A program made the translations under genes and the position numbers. Positions 25,001 to 32,622 of a stretch of DNA of 51,548 bases are shown here, one piece after another. The stretch is from Patescibacteria group bacterium UBA6033 (GTDB lineage Bacteria > Patescibacteriota > Minisyncoccia > Phycocordibacterales > Phycocordibacteraceae): contig DIZH01000011.1 of the NCBI GenBank assembly GCA_002429325.1, positions 1 to 51,548 of the forward strand, given 5' to 3'. Position 1 is the first letter of the stretch; every line of letters starts with the position of its first letter. The notes below the pieces were generated by a model, which was not told where the DNA came from, did not search any database, and saw only the letters and a list, made by a program, of their open reading frames with translations.

Positions 25001-25209
25001 GATACGGTGCTGCCTATACGCTCCGCGAAATGCTTACTATCAAGTCAGACGATATCCAGGGCCGCTCAGCAGCCTTCGATGCGATCGTGAAGGGCGAGCC
25101 AATCAGCCATACCGGCACGCCAGCATCGTTTGCCGTGCTTACCAACCAGATCCGCGGCCTCGCGCTCGATGTCGAGCCGATGAATCTCCCGCCAGAACCG
25201 GAAGCATAA
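22033..25209 (+). CDS. rpoB: DNA-directed RNA polymerase beta subunit (compact, 1,058 aa).
   Basis: [65 protein letters not shown]. Confidence 0.97.
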   Translation: [1058 protein letters not shown]

Positions 25210-25234
25210 TTTATTAATCCTTTCTTCTACCACT

Positions 25235-28200
25235 ATGGCATTCACCCCAAGAAAACTTCCGCCGCGCGACACCTGGAACGGACTCCGTCTCACGCTCGCA
25301 TCCCCTGAGCGCATCCTCGCGTGGTCCTCTGGCGAAGTCACCAAGCCTGAGACCATCAACTATCGCACGCAACGTTCTGAGAAGCACGGACTCTTCGATG
25401 AGAAGATATTCGGTCCAGAGAAAGACTACGAGTGTTACTGCGGAAAATACAAAGGCATCCGGTACAAGGGCATCGTCTGCGACAAGTGCGGTGTCGAGAT
25501 CACTCGCTCCATCGTTCGTCGCGAGCGCATGGGCCACATCGAGCTCTGCACACCAGTCGCACATATCTGGTTCCTCCGCTCAGTGCCGAGTCGCATGGCG
25601 CTTCTCCTCGGTGCATCTGCAACCGACATCGAGAAAGTCGTCTACTTCGCAGGATATATCGTGACGAAGATCGCGGATGACGAAAAGAAGCGTCTTCTTG
25701 CTGAACTTGATAGCGAGTACAAGTCGAAGTACAAATCACTCGGTTCCGACAAAGAGCGCGACACGCTCAAGGAGAAGATGACCATCACCAAGAACGAGAT
25801 CGAAGGTCTCATTGTCGGCAAGATTCTCGATGAACTCGAGTATCACCGTTTCTCCGTGAAGTACGGAGGCCTGTTCGAGGCCCGCATTGGCGCCGAAGCC
25901 ATCTACGATCTCTTTACGAAACTCAATCTCAAGGAGCTTGAAGCAACACTCGCAGCTCGCTATGAGACTGCTGGCGCCGCTGAACGCGAGAAGCTCGCAA
26001 AGCGTTTGTCGCTCATCGCCGGACTCATCGCTTCGGGTGTCCGCCCAGAGTGGTTCTTCCTCACGCGCATCCCCGTTATTCCGCCGGCACTCCGCCCAAT
26101 GGTCGCGCTTGAAGGCGGCCGCCATGCGACGTCCGACGTGAACGACCTCTATCGCCGCGTCATCAACCGGAACAATCGTTTGAGAAAGCTCATCGATATC
26201 CACGCGCCGGAAGTCATCTTGCGCAATGAGAAGCGCATCCTTCAGGAAGCTGTTGATGCACTCCTCGACAACTCGATTCGTAAGAGCGGCGCATCTGCTG
26301 GCGCACTCACGGCCGCACAGCGCCGTCCGCTCAAGTCGCTCGCTGATTACCTCAAAGGTAAGCAGGGTTACTTCCGCCAGAATTTGCTCGGTAAGCGCGT
26401 CGACTACTCCGGTCGCTCCGTGATTGTCGTCGGCCCTGACCTCGAACTCGATGAGTGCGGTCTGCCGAAACACATGGCGCTCGAGCTCTTCCGTCCGTTC
26501 GTCATCGCTGGACTCCTTGACCGCGAACTCGCATTCAACATCCGTGGCGCTGGCCGCTTGATTGAAGACGGTGTTGCTGAAGTGTGGGAAATTCTCGAAG
26601 AAGCTATTAAAGGGAAGTACGTACTCCTCAACCGCGCTCCGACGCTTCACCGCCAAGGCATCCAGGCATTCCGCCCGCGACTCATCGAAGGCGATGCTAT
26701 CCAGCTCCATCCGCTCGTCTGTAATGCGTTCAACGCGGACTTCGACGGCGATCAGATGGCTGTCCACGTGCCACTCTCTGAAGAGGCGCAGTGGGAGGCA
26801 AAGAACATCATGAGCGCCAACAAGAACATCTTGAAGCCAGGTTCTGGCGACATGATTGTGCTCACGGGCAAGCCGCTCGACATCATTCTTGGCGTGTACT
26901 GGCTCACGAAGGCAGTCGAAGGAGCAAAGGGCGAAGGAACCTTCCACTCATCCCCGAACTCAGCTATTCTCGTATCTGAATACGACGGTATCGATCGCCG
27001 CGCCAAGGTGATGGTATTGCCGGTGCCGGGAAAGGAAAAGTACAAGATGTTCGATGGACATCCGTTTGAGACGACCGTCGGTCGCCTCCTCTTCAATACC
27101 GTCCTCCCGACCGACTATCCGTATGTCAACGAGACCATCACTAAGAAAGTGCTCGCGCGCATCGTCACTGACTGTATCGCTCGCTATGGCCTCGATGCTG
27201 TTCCAGCCATTGTGAACAAAGTGAAGCGCTTCGGCTTCGACTATGCGACGCGTTCAGGCGTCTCGTGGGCTATCGACGATGTGTCCGTGCCAGAAGGCAA
27301 GAAGAGCATCATCGCTGAGGCTGCCAAGAAAGTCGGTGTCATTTCTGCCGATTACCAGAACGGTCTCCTTTCTGAAGAGGAAAAGCGCCGCATGACCATC
27401 GAGATATGGCAGGGTGCGAAGCAAGAAGTCGAGACTGAAATCGCGGCGAAGCTCGACCCGATGGGTTCTGTCTCGGACATGGTGAAGTCCGGTGCTCGCG
27501 GTACGCTCGGCAACCTCACTCAGATGGCAGGTATGAAGGGCCTCATTCAGAACACCGCCGGTGTGACGATCGAAGTGCCGATTATCTCCTCTATGATCGA
27601 GGGATTGAATCCAATCGAATACTTCATGTCCACGCACGGTGCCCGCAAGGGTCTCACCGACACTGCGCTCGGTACGGCAAAGGCCGGGTACCTCACACGC
27701 CGCTTGTTCGACGTCGCGCAGGATTCTATTGTCACTGAGCATGATTGCGGCACAGATCGCGGTGTGAAGATTAATCGCATCAGCGCCTCTGGCATCCAGA
27801 TCAATTACGCAGAAGCACTTCGTGGCCGCGTACTCGCAGAAGCAGTGAAGGATCATGATGGCACGGTGCTCTTCAAGAAGAATCACTACATCTCTATCCT
27901 CGATGCAGAAGCACTCAACGCTGCATCAACCGTCATGACGGTCGTTTCGCGTTCTCCGATGTCATGTGAGACTCGCTACGGCGTCTGCCAGACCTGCTAC
28001 GGTATGGATCTCACGACACAGGATATCGTTGATCTCGGCGAGGCTGTCGGTACCGTAGCCGCGCAGGCTATCGGCGAGCCGGGCACTCAGCTCACTATGC
28101 GTACGTTCCATGCCGGCGGTGTGGCCTCCGTAGGTGGCGACATCACGAGCGGTCTCCCTCGCGTGGAAGAAGTGTTTGAAAAGCGTTCTCCGAAGAATCC

Positions 28201-28960
28201 GGCGGTTATCAGCAAGTCCGATGGTATCGTGTCCGAGATCAAAGAAGAGGGTCGCGAGAAGGTCATCGTGGTCGCGCCAGAGGCCGGCCAAGGCAAGAAG
28301 GATGGTTCGTCGTACGAATACATTGCGCCGTACCCTCGCGTACCACTCGTGAAGGAAGGCGATATCGTCGTGCGAGGACAAATCCTCACCGACGGTTCGG
28401 CTGACCTCGACGAACTCTTCGAGTACGCCGGTCGTGCTATGACACAGGAATATATCATTACGGAAGCATCGAAGATTTACGAGCTTCAAGGCGCTCCGGT
28501 TTCTCGTAAGCACCTTGAAGTCGTCGTGAAGCAGATGTTTTCTCGCGTGAAGATTTCTGAAGCCGGCGACACTGACTACTCAGTGGGCGATGTCGTGGAA
28601 GATTGGGAATTTGCAAAGGCCATCAAGGAGATGGACGAAGCAGGGAAGCTCCCTCCGAAAGCGAAAGAGATTGTGCTCGGCATCAAGGAAAGCGCTCTTT
28701 CCCGCCGTTCATTCCTCTCTGCTGCTTCCTTTGAGCAGACGACCAAGATTCTCATCAATGCATCGCTTCGCGGCAGCATCGACAGGCTTCGTGGTCTCAA
28801 GGAGAACGTCATCCTCGGGCGCCTCATTCCTTCGGGAACTGGCTTCACGGGAAGCAAGAAGCATGCGCACATTGCGAAGCTTCAAGCTGAACGTCCGATG
28901 CCAGCGTCTTCCGAGACACGGACGACTAGTTTCGCCCCACGCCAAACCCGCGCTTTGTAG
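25235..28960 (+). CDS. rpoC: DNA-directed RNA polymerase beta' subunit.
   Basis: Zn finger CYCGKYKGIRYKGIVCDKCGVE, catalytic NADFDGDQMAVHVPLS, trigger-loop and C-terminal conserved blocks. Confidence 0.97.
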   Translation: MAFTPRKLPPRDTWNGLRLTLASPERILAWSSGEVTKPETINYRTQRSEKHGLFDEKIFGPEKDYECYCGKYKGIRYKGIVCDKCGVEITRSIVRRERMGHIELCTPVAHIWFLRSVPSRMALLLGASATDIEKVVYFAGYIVTKIADDEKKRLLAELDSEYKSKYKSLGSDKERDTLKEKMTITKNEIEGLIVGKILDELEYHRFSVKYGGLFEARIGAEAIYDLFTKLNLKELEATLAARYETAGAAEREKLAKRLSLIAGLIASGVRPEWFFLTRIPVIPPALRPMVALEGGRHATSDVNDLYRRVINRNNRLRKLIDIHAPEVILRNEKRILQEAVDALLDNSIRKSGASAGALTAAQRRPLKSLADYLKGKQGYFRQNLLGKRVDYSGRSVIVVGPDLELDECGLPKHMALELFRPFVIAGLLDRELAFNIRGAGRLIEDGVAEVWEILEEAIKGKYVLLNRAPTLHRQGIQAFRPRLIEGDAIQLHPLVCNAFNADFDGDQMAVHVPLSEEAQWEAKNIMSANKNILKPGSGDMIVLTGKPLDIILGVYWLTKAVEGAKGEGTFHSSPNSAILVSEYDGIDRRAKVMVLPVPGKEKYKMFDGHPFETTVGRLLFNTVLPTDYPYVNETITKKVLARIVTDCIARYGLDAVPAIVNKVKRFGFDYATRSGVSWAIDDVSVPEGKKSIIAEAAKKVGVISADYQNGLLSEEEKRRMTIEIWQGAKQEVETEIAAKLDPMGSVSDMVKSGARGTLGNLTQMAGMKGLIQNTAGVTIEVPIISSMIEGLNPIEYFMSTHGARKGLTDTALGTAKAGYLTRRLFDVAQDSIVTEHDCGTDRGVKINRISASGIQINYAEALRGRVLAEAVKDHDGTVLFKKNHYISILDAEALNAASTVMTVVSRSPMSCETRYGVCQTCYGMDLTTQDIVDLGEAVGTVAAQAIGEPGTQLTMRTFHAGGVASVGGDITSGLPRVEEVFEKRSPKNPAVISKSDGIVSEIKEEGREKVIVVAPEAGQGKKDGSSYEYIAPYPRVPLVKEGDIVVRGQILTDGSADLDELFEYAGRAMTQEYIITEASKIYELQGAPVSRKHLEVVVKQMFSRVKISEAGDTDYSVGDVVEDWEFAKAIKEMDEAGKLPPKAKEIVLGIKESALSRRSFLSAASFEQTTKILINASLRGSIDRLRGLKENVILGRLIPSGTGFTGSKKHAHIAKLQAERPMPASSETRTTSFAPRQTRAL

Positions 28961-29082
28961 TCCGTTGAAAATCGCGATCTGCATCGTTGCGGACGCCTGC
29001 CGATTTCTTCCGTCGTACCACACAGTACGCCTCTAGAAATCAACTGCCCGCGCCTCGCGTCTCATCGATTTTCAACAGGACT
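28959..29082. repeat. Inverted-repeat (MITE-like) element of about 125 nt, copy B. It starts on the AG of the rpoC TAG stop.
   Basis: AGTCCGTTGAAAATCG (28959-28974) pairs with CGATTTTCAACAGGACT (29066-29082), with one bulge. Apical hairpin CGTAC-CACACA-GTACG. Homologous to 11074-11198. TTGT is present on both flanks (28955-28958 and 29083-29086). Confidence 0.55.
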
Positions 29083-29099
29083 TTGTGATAACAGCAAAA

Positions 29100-29130
29100 G
29101 CAAAACCGCCTTACGGCGGTTTTGCTTTAT
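29100..29130 (+). terminator. Rho-independent terminator of the rpoBC operon.
   Basis: GCAAAACCGCC-TTAC-GGCGGTTTTGC (29100-29125) followed by TTTAT. Confidence 0.75.
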
Positions 29131-29143
29131 ATATAAATGAGTG

Positions 29144-29174
29144 ACGGCGCAGGAACCCGAAGGTCCTGCGCCGT
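29144..29174 (-). terminator. Hairpin downstream of the small minus-strand ORF.
   Basis: ACGGCGCAGGA (29144-29154) pairs with TCCTGCGCCGT (29164-29174). On the minus strand it is followed by a weak T tract (TCACTCATTTATAT). Confidence 0.5.
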
Positions 29175-29178
29175 TGCT

Positions 29179-29337
29179 TCACAGTCTCGGCTTGGTGACG
29201 TAGTTCAGTATCGCCACGATGGCCGTCCCGACGAGAAAAACGTACATGCCGATTTGTTCCGACTCGACATACAATCCAGTCGCAGCCGCTCCGATACCGA
29301 CAAGTACTTCAGCCACAATAAACAATTTTGTGCGCAT
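29179..29337 (-). CDS. Unlisted 52-aa hydrophobic peptide with two predicted TM helices.
   Basis: Minus strand AAACAGGAGATTGT-ATG. Sequence MRTKLFIVAEVLVGIGAAATGLYVESEQIGMYVFLVGTAIVAILNYVTKPRL. A hairpin lies directly downstream. It is below the 60-aa ORF-track cutoff. Confidence 0.45.
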   Translation of the reverse strand: MRTKLFIVAEVLVGIGAAATGLYVESEQIGMYVFLVGTAIVAILNYVTKPRL

Positions 29338-29446
29338 ACAATCTCCTGTTTATATGCGTGGGACAAACACGCGTTCTGTCTGAGAACATAATAGCATATC
29401 AATATACAGTTGTCAATACTGCGTAAAACGCGGTAGAATCGAGGTA

Positions 29447-31129
29447 ATGGCAAAGGACACGGTGGCAGAGATTAAGGAGCGACTGAGCATACAGGATATT
29501 ATTGCGCCGTATGTGAAGCTCACGCGAGCGGGGAAGTCTGTGCGCGGTCTCTGTCCATTTCATAAAGAGAAGACACCGAGTTTCCATGTGAGTCCTGAGC
29601 GCGGGACCTGGCACTGCTTCGGATGCGGTGAGGGCGGCGATGGGTTCTCATTCATTGAGAAAGTCGAAGGTGTCGATTTCAAAGGCGCAATGAAAATTCT
29701 TGCGGAGAAGGCTGGCGTCGTTATTGAATACTCGGGAGGCGGCACGCGAGAAGATACTTCAAAGAAGGATAGGCTGCGCGAAGCGATGGTACGCGCACAG
29801 GAGTGGTACGCTCAGCGTTTGAAAGATAGTCCAGCGTACCCGTATGCGCTCAGTCGCGGACTGACGCCCGAGTCGATTGCTGGATGGGGATTGGGCTTCG
29901 CTCCCGACAACTGGAGGGAACTTCTCGAAGCATTTACGCTGCTTGGATTTACCATACCGGAGATGCTTGGTGCCGGACTTATCAAAGAGGCAGATGGGAA
30001 GCCGGGCACCTACTATGACCGGTTCCGTAACCGGCTCATGTTCCCGATACGCGATGCGGCTGGGCGAGTTGTCGCGTTTACGGGCCGCGCTTTGGCCGCT
30101 GACGACCTGGCGAAGTACCTGAATAGTCCGGAAACAGAGCTCTACCACAAGTCTGAGATTCTCTTCGGCATGGACCGTGCGAAAGATTTTGTGCGCGTGC
30201 GCGGCTTCACTATGCTGGTGGAGGGCCAGCTAGATGTCCTCTTGGCGCACCAGGCGGGCTTCACAAATGCGGTTGCACTGTCGGGCACCGCGCTTTCAGA
30301 GAAACATCTCGGTCTCATGAAGCGCTACAGTGACAACCTCATGCTCGTGCTCGATGCCGATCCGGCAGGACTGAAGGCGACCGCGCGCTCGGCGCAGCTC
30401 GCGCTCATGAGCGGGCTCCGGGTGAAAGCCGCACGATTGCCGAAAGGAAAGGATCCTGCCGATCTCATCAGTGAAGACTCAAAAGAGTTCGGTGTGCGTA
30501 TCGCAGCAGCGAAGCCCATCGTTGAATTCTTCCTCGCCGAGCTTGCGGAGAGCGAGCGCGACCCGCACAAGCTCATGCAGAGAGCCGAGCAGATTGTGCT
30601 CCCGCTTATCGCGGCGATACCAAGCCCGATGGAGCGCGAACATTTCGTGCAGGTAGCTGCACAAGCGCTCGGGCTGTCGAGTGAAGCGGTGCGCGAATCC
30701 CTCAAACGTATTCCGCGACAACAGGACATCACGGATACGGTGCGTACTGCGGCAGCACCCGCTACCGCCCGTTCGTCGCGTGAATTGCGCTCTGAACAGC
30801 TCTATGCCGTTTTCCACGCATACGCTGGAACTCCGCTTGCAGAGCGTGTCAAAGTGAGGTATGGTCAGATTACTGAAGCCGAACTGTCGCCCTCAGATGC
30901 CCCTCCAGAAGCAGTCCTGTTCACGATAGAACAGACCTTCGGTGAGGAACCTGCAGAAGACGCCGCAGACGAGCTTCTCCACGCCTTTGAAATTGCGGTC
31001 ATCCGCGAGGCGTATCAAGAAGCAGTGGGGGATTTGCGAAGAGCTGAAGCAGCAGGGGACGACTCACGTATTAAAGAAGCGCAGGAAATCTGTTCGAAAC
31101 TCTCGGTGCGCCTCGCCGCACTCGGGTAG
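29447..31129 (+). CDS. dnaG: DNA primase.
   Basis: Zn-ribbon [30 protein letters not shown] and a TOPRIM domain ([17 protein letters not shown]). Confidence 0.93.
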   Translation: MAKDTVAEIKERLSIQDIIAPYVKLTRAGKSVRGLCPFHKEKTPSFHVSPERGTWHCFGCGEGGDGFSFIEKVEGVDFKGAMKILAEKAGVVIEYSGGGTREDTSKKDRLREAMVRAQEWYAQRLKDSPAYPYALSRGLTPESIAGWGLGFAPDNWRELLEAFTLLGFTIPEMLGAGLIKEADGKPGTYYDRFRNRLMFPIRDAAGRVVAFTGRALAADDLAKYLNSPETELYHKSEILFGMDRAKDFVRVRGFTMLVEGQLDVLLAHQAGFTNAVALSGTALSEKHLGLMKRYSDNLMLVLDADPAGLKATARSAQLALMSGLRVKAARLPKGKDPADLISEDSKEFGVRIAAAKPIVEFFLAELAESERDPHKLMQRAEQIVLPLIAAIPSPMEREHFVQVAAQALGLSSEAVRESLKRIPRQQDITDTVRTAAAPATARSSRELRSEQLYAVFHAYAGTPLAERVKVRYGQITEAELSPSDAPPEAVLFTIEQTFGEEPAEDAADELLHAFEIAVIREAYQEAVGDLRRAEAAGDDSRIKEAQEICSKLSVRLAALG

Positions 31130-31164
31130 CTATAGGGTTATTTTTCTACTCACTTATTTTTTGT

Positions 31165-32430
31165 ATGGCAAAAACCGTTTCCAAAAAGAAAAAAACCACC
31201 AAGAAGAAACCAGCTGCGAAAAAGCTGGTGCGTTCTTCTGTATCTAAAAAACACGTAGCACCAAAGAAATCGGCAAAGAAATCGGTCAAGTCGGCAAAGA
31301 AAATTCTGCACGCAAAGAAGAAGATTGTTCGCGTTGCGGCAAAGGGTGCAAAAGCAAAAGCGCTTTCAGAGAAAGCGATGACTGCGGAGACGCTCATCGA
31401 GAAGGGCAAGGAGCGCGGCTATGTCACGTATAACGAAATCCTCAAAGCGTTCCCACACGTGGAAGAGGATGTGAGCTTCCTTGAGTCGCTGTATGAGCGC
31501 TTTTCTATCGCCGGCGTCGACGTGCTTGAGGGCGGCATGCTTGAGGATGCTGCCGACGAATACCTCGCGACTCGCAATATCAAAGATCGCCACTCCACGA
31601 GCTATGATTCCATCCAGATTTATCTCCGCGAGATAGGCCAGTATCCGCTTCTCACTGCCGCTGAAGAGCGCGAGCTCGCAAAACGCATCGAGAAAAGCGA
31701 TGCTGAGGCGCGCAATATCCTCGCGCGCAGCAACTTGCGCCTCGTGGTCTCCATCGCGAAGAAGTACGTCGGCCGTTCGCCTGACCTCACGCTTCTCGAC
31801 CTCATCCAGGAAGGGAATCTCGGTCTCTTCCGCGCTGTCGATAAGTTCGACTGGAAGAAGGGCTATAAATTCTCGACCTATGCGACCTGGTGGATTCGCC
31901 AGGCTATCACTCGTGCGCTCGCTGACCAGTCGCGCACCATCCGCATTCCTGTGCACATGGTGGAAACCATCGCGAAGTATAAGCAGGTCTCGCGCCGCCT
32001 TTCGCAAGCGCTCGGTCGCGACCCGCAGCCAGAAGAAATTGCTATCGAAATGGGTGTTGAACCAGAAAAGATTTATCAGATAGAGAAAATCAATCAGGAT
32101 ACCCTCTCTCTTGAAAACCCTATCGGATCGGACGATGATGAGCGCTCCACGCTCGGCGATTTCATTCCTGATGATAAGATTCCGTCACCAGTGCAGGAAT
32201 CCTCTGAGCGTATTCTCGGTGAGCAGGTGCGCGCCATCCTCGACGACCTCTCTCCGAAAGAGCGCAAGATACTCGAAATGCGCCACGGTCTTATGGACGG
32301 CGTCTACCACACGCTTGAAGAAGTGGGGAAGGAATTCGGCGTGACCCGCGAACGCATCCGCCAGATTGAAGCGAAGGCGCTGGAGAAAATTCGCACACAC
32401 GACAAAGCCCGGTATTTGAAGTCATACTAA
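31165..32430 (+). CDS. rpoD: Primary sigma-70 factor with a strongly basic Lys-rich N-terminal extension.
   Basis: Region 2 [40 protein letters not shown]. Region 4 [24 protein letters not shown]. The first ~70 aa are K/A/S-rich. Confidence 0.95.
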   Translation: MAKTVSKKKKTTKKKPAAKKLVRSSVSKKHVAPKKSAKKSVKSAKKILHAKKKIVRVAAKGAKAKALSEKAMTAETLIEKGKERGYVTYNEILKAFPHVEEDVSFLESLYERFSIAGVDVLEGGMLEDAADEYLATRNIKDRHSTSYDSIQIYLREIGQYPLLTAAEERELAKRIEKSDAEARNILARSNLRLVVSIAKKYVGRSPDLTLLDLIQEGNLGLFRAVDKFDWKKGYKFSTYATWWIRQAITRALADQSRTIRIPVHMVETIAKYKQVSRRLSQALGRDPQPEEIAIEMGVEPEKIYQIEKINQDTLSLENPIGSDDDERSTLGDFIPDDKIPSPVQESSERILGEQVRAILDDLSPKERKILEMRHGLMDGVYHTLEEVGKEFGVTRERIRQIEAKALEKIRTHDKARYLKSY

Positions 32431-32622
32431 AAGCTCGCTCGGCATGTCCTTGCGGGAGCACACGTCACTTGCCCCTGCGGGCAAGTGCGTTCACTCTCGC
32501 CGTCGCAAATGAGAGCGCGGCTGCCCTACAGCGCTCTCATTACCATGCTGCTTCGGCTCCGAGAGTCTCTCCTCAGGATATGTCTTCGCTCGCCCAGAAG
32601 CGCGATGATGTACACTCTACCC

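Noticed and set aside
25736-26947. Long antisense ORFs inside well-supported genes. Examples are the 403-aa ORF opposite rpoC, 37476..38630 opposite hisS, 4279..5217 opposite the lipoprotein gene, 24079..24894 opposite rpoB, 34165..35127 opposite the helicase, and 17597..18457 opposite rnr.
   Set aside because: These are shadow ORFs typical of GC-biased coding regions. Their products are low-complexity, Arg/Ser/Ala-rich and have no recognisable motifs, while the opposite-strand genes carry unambiguous conserved motifs.
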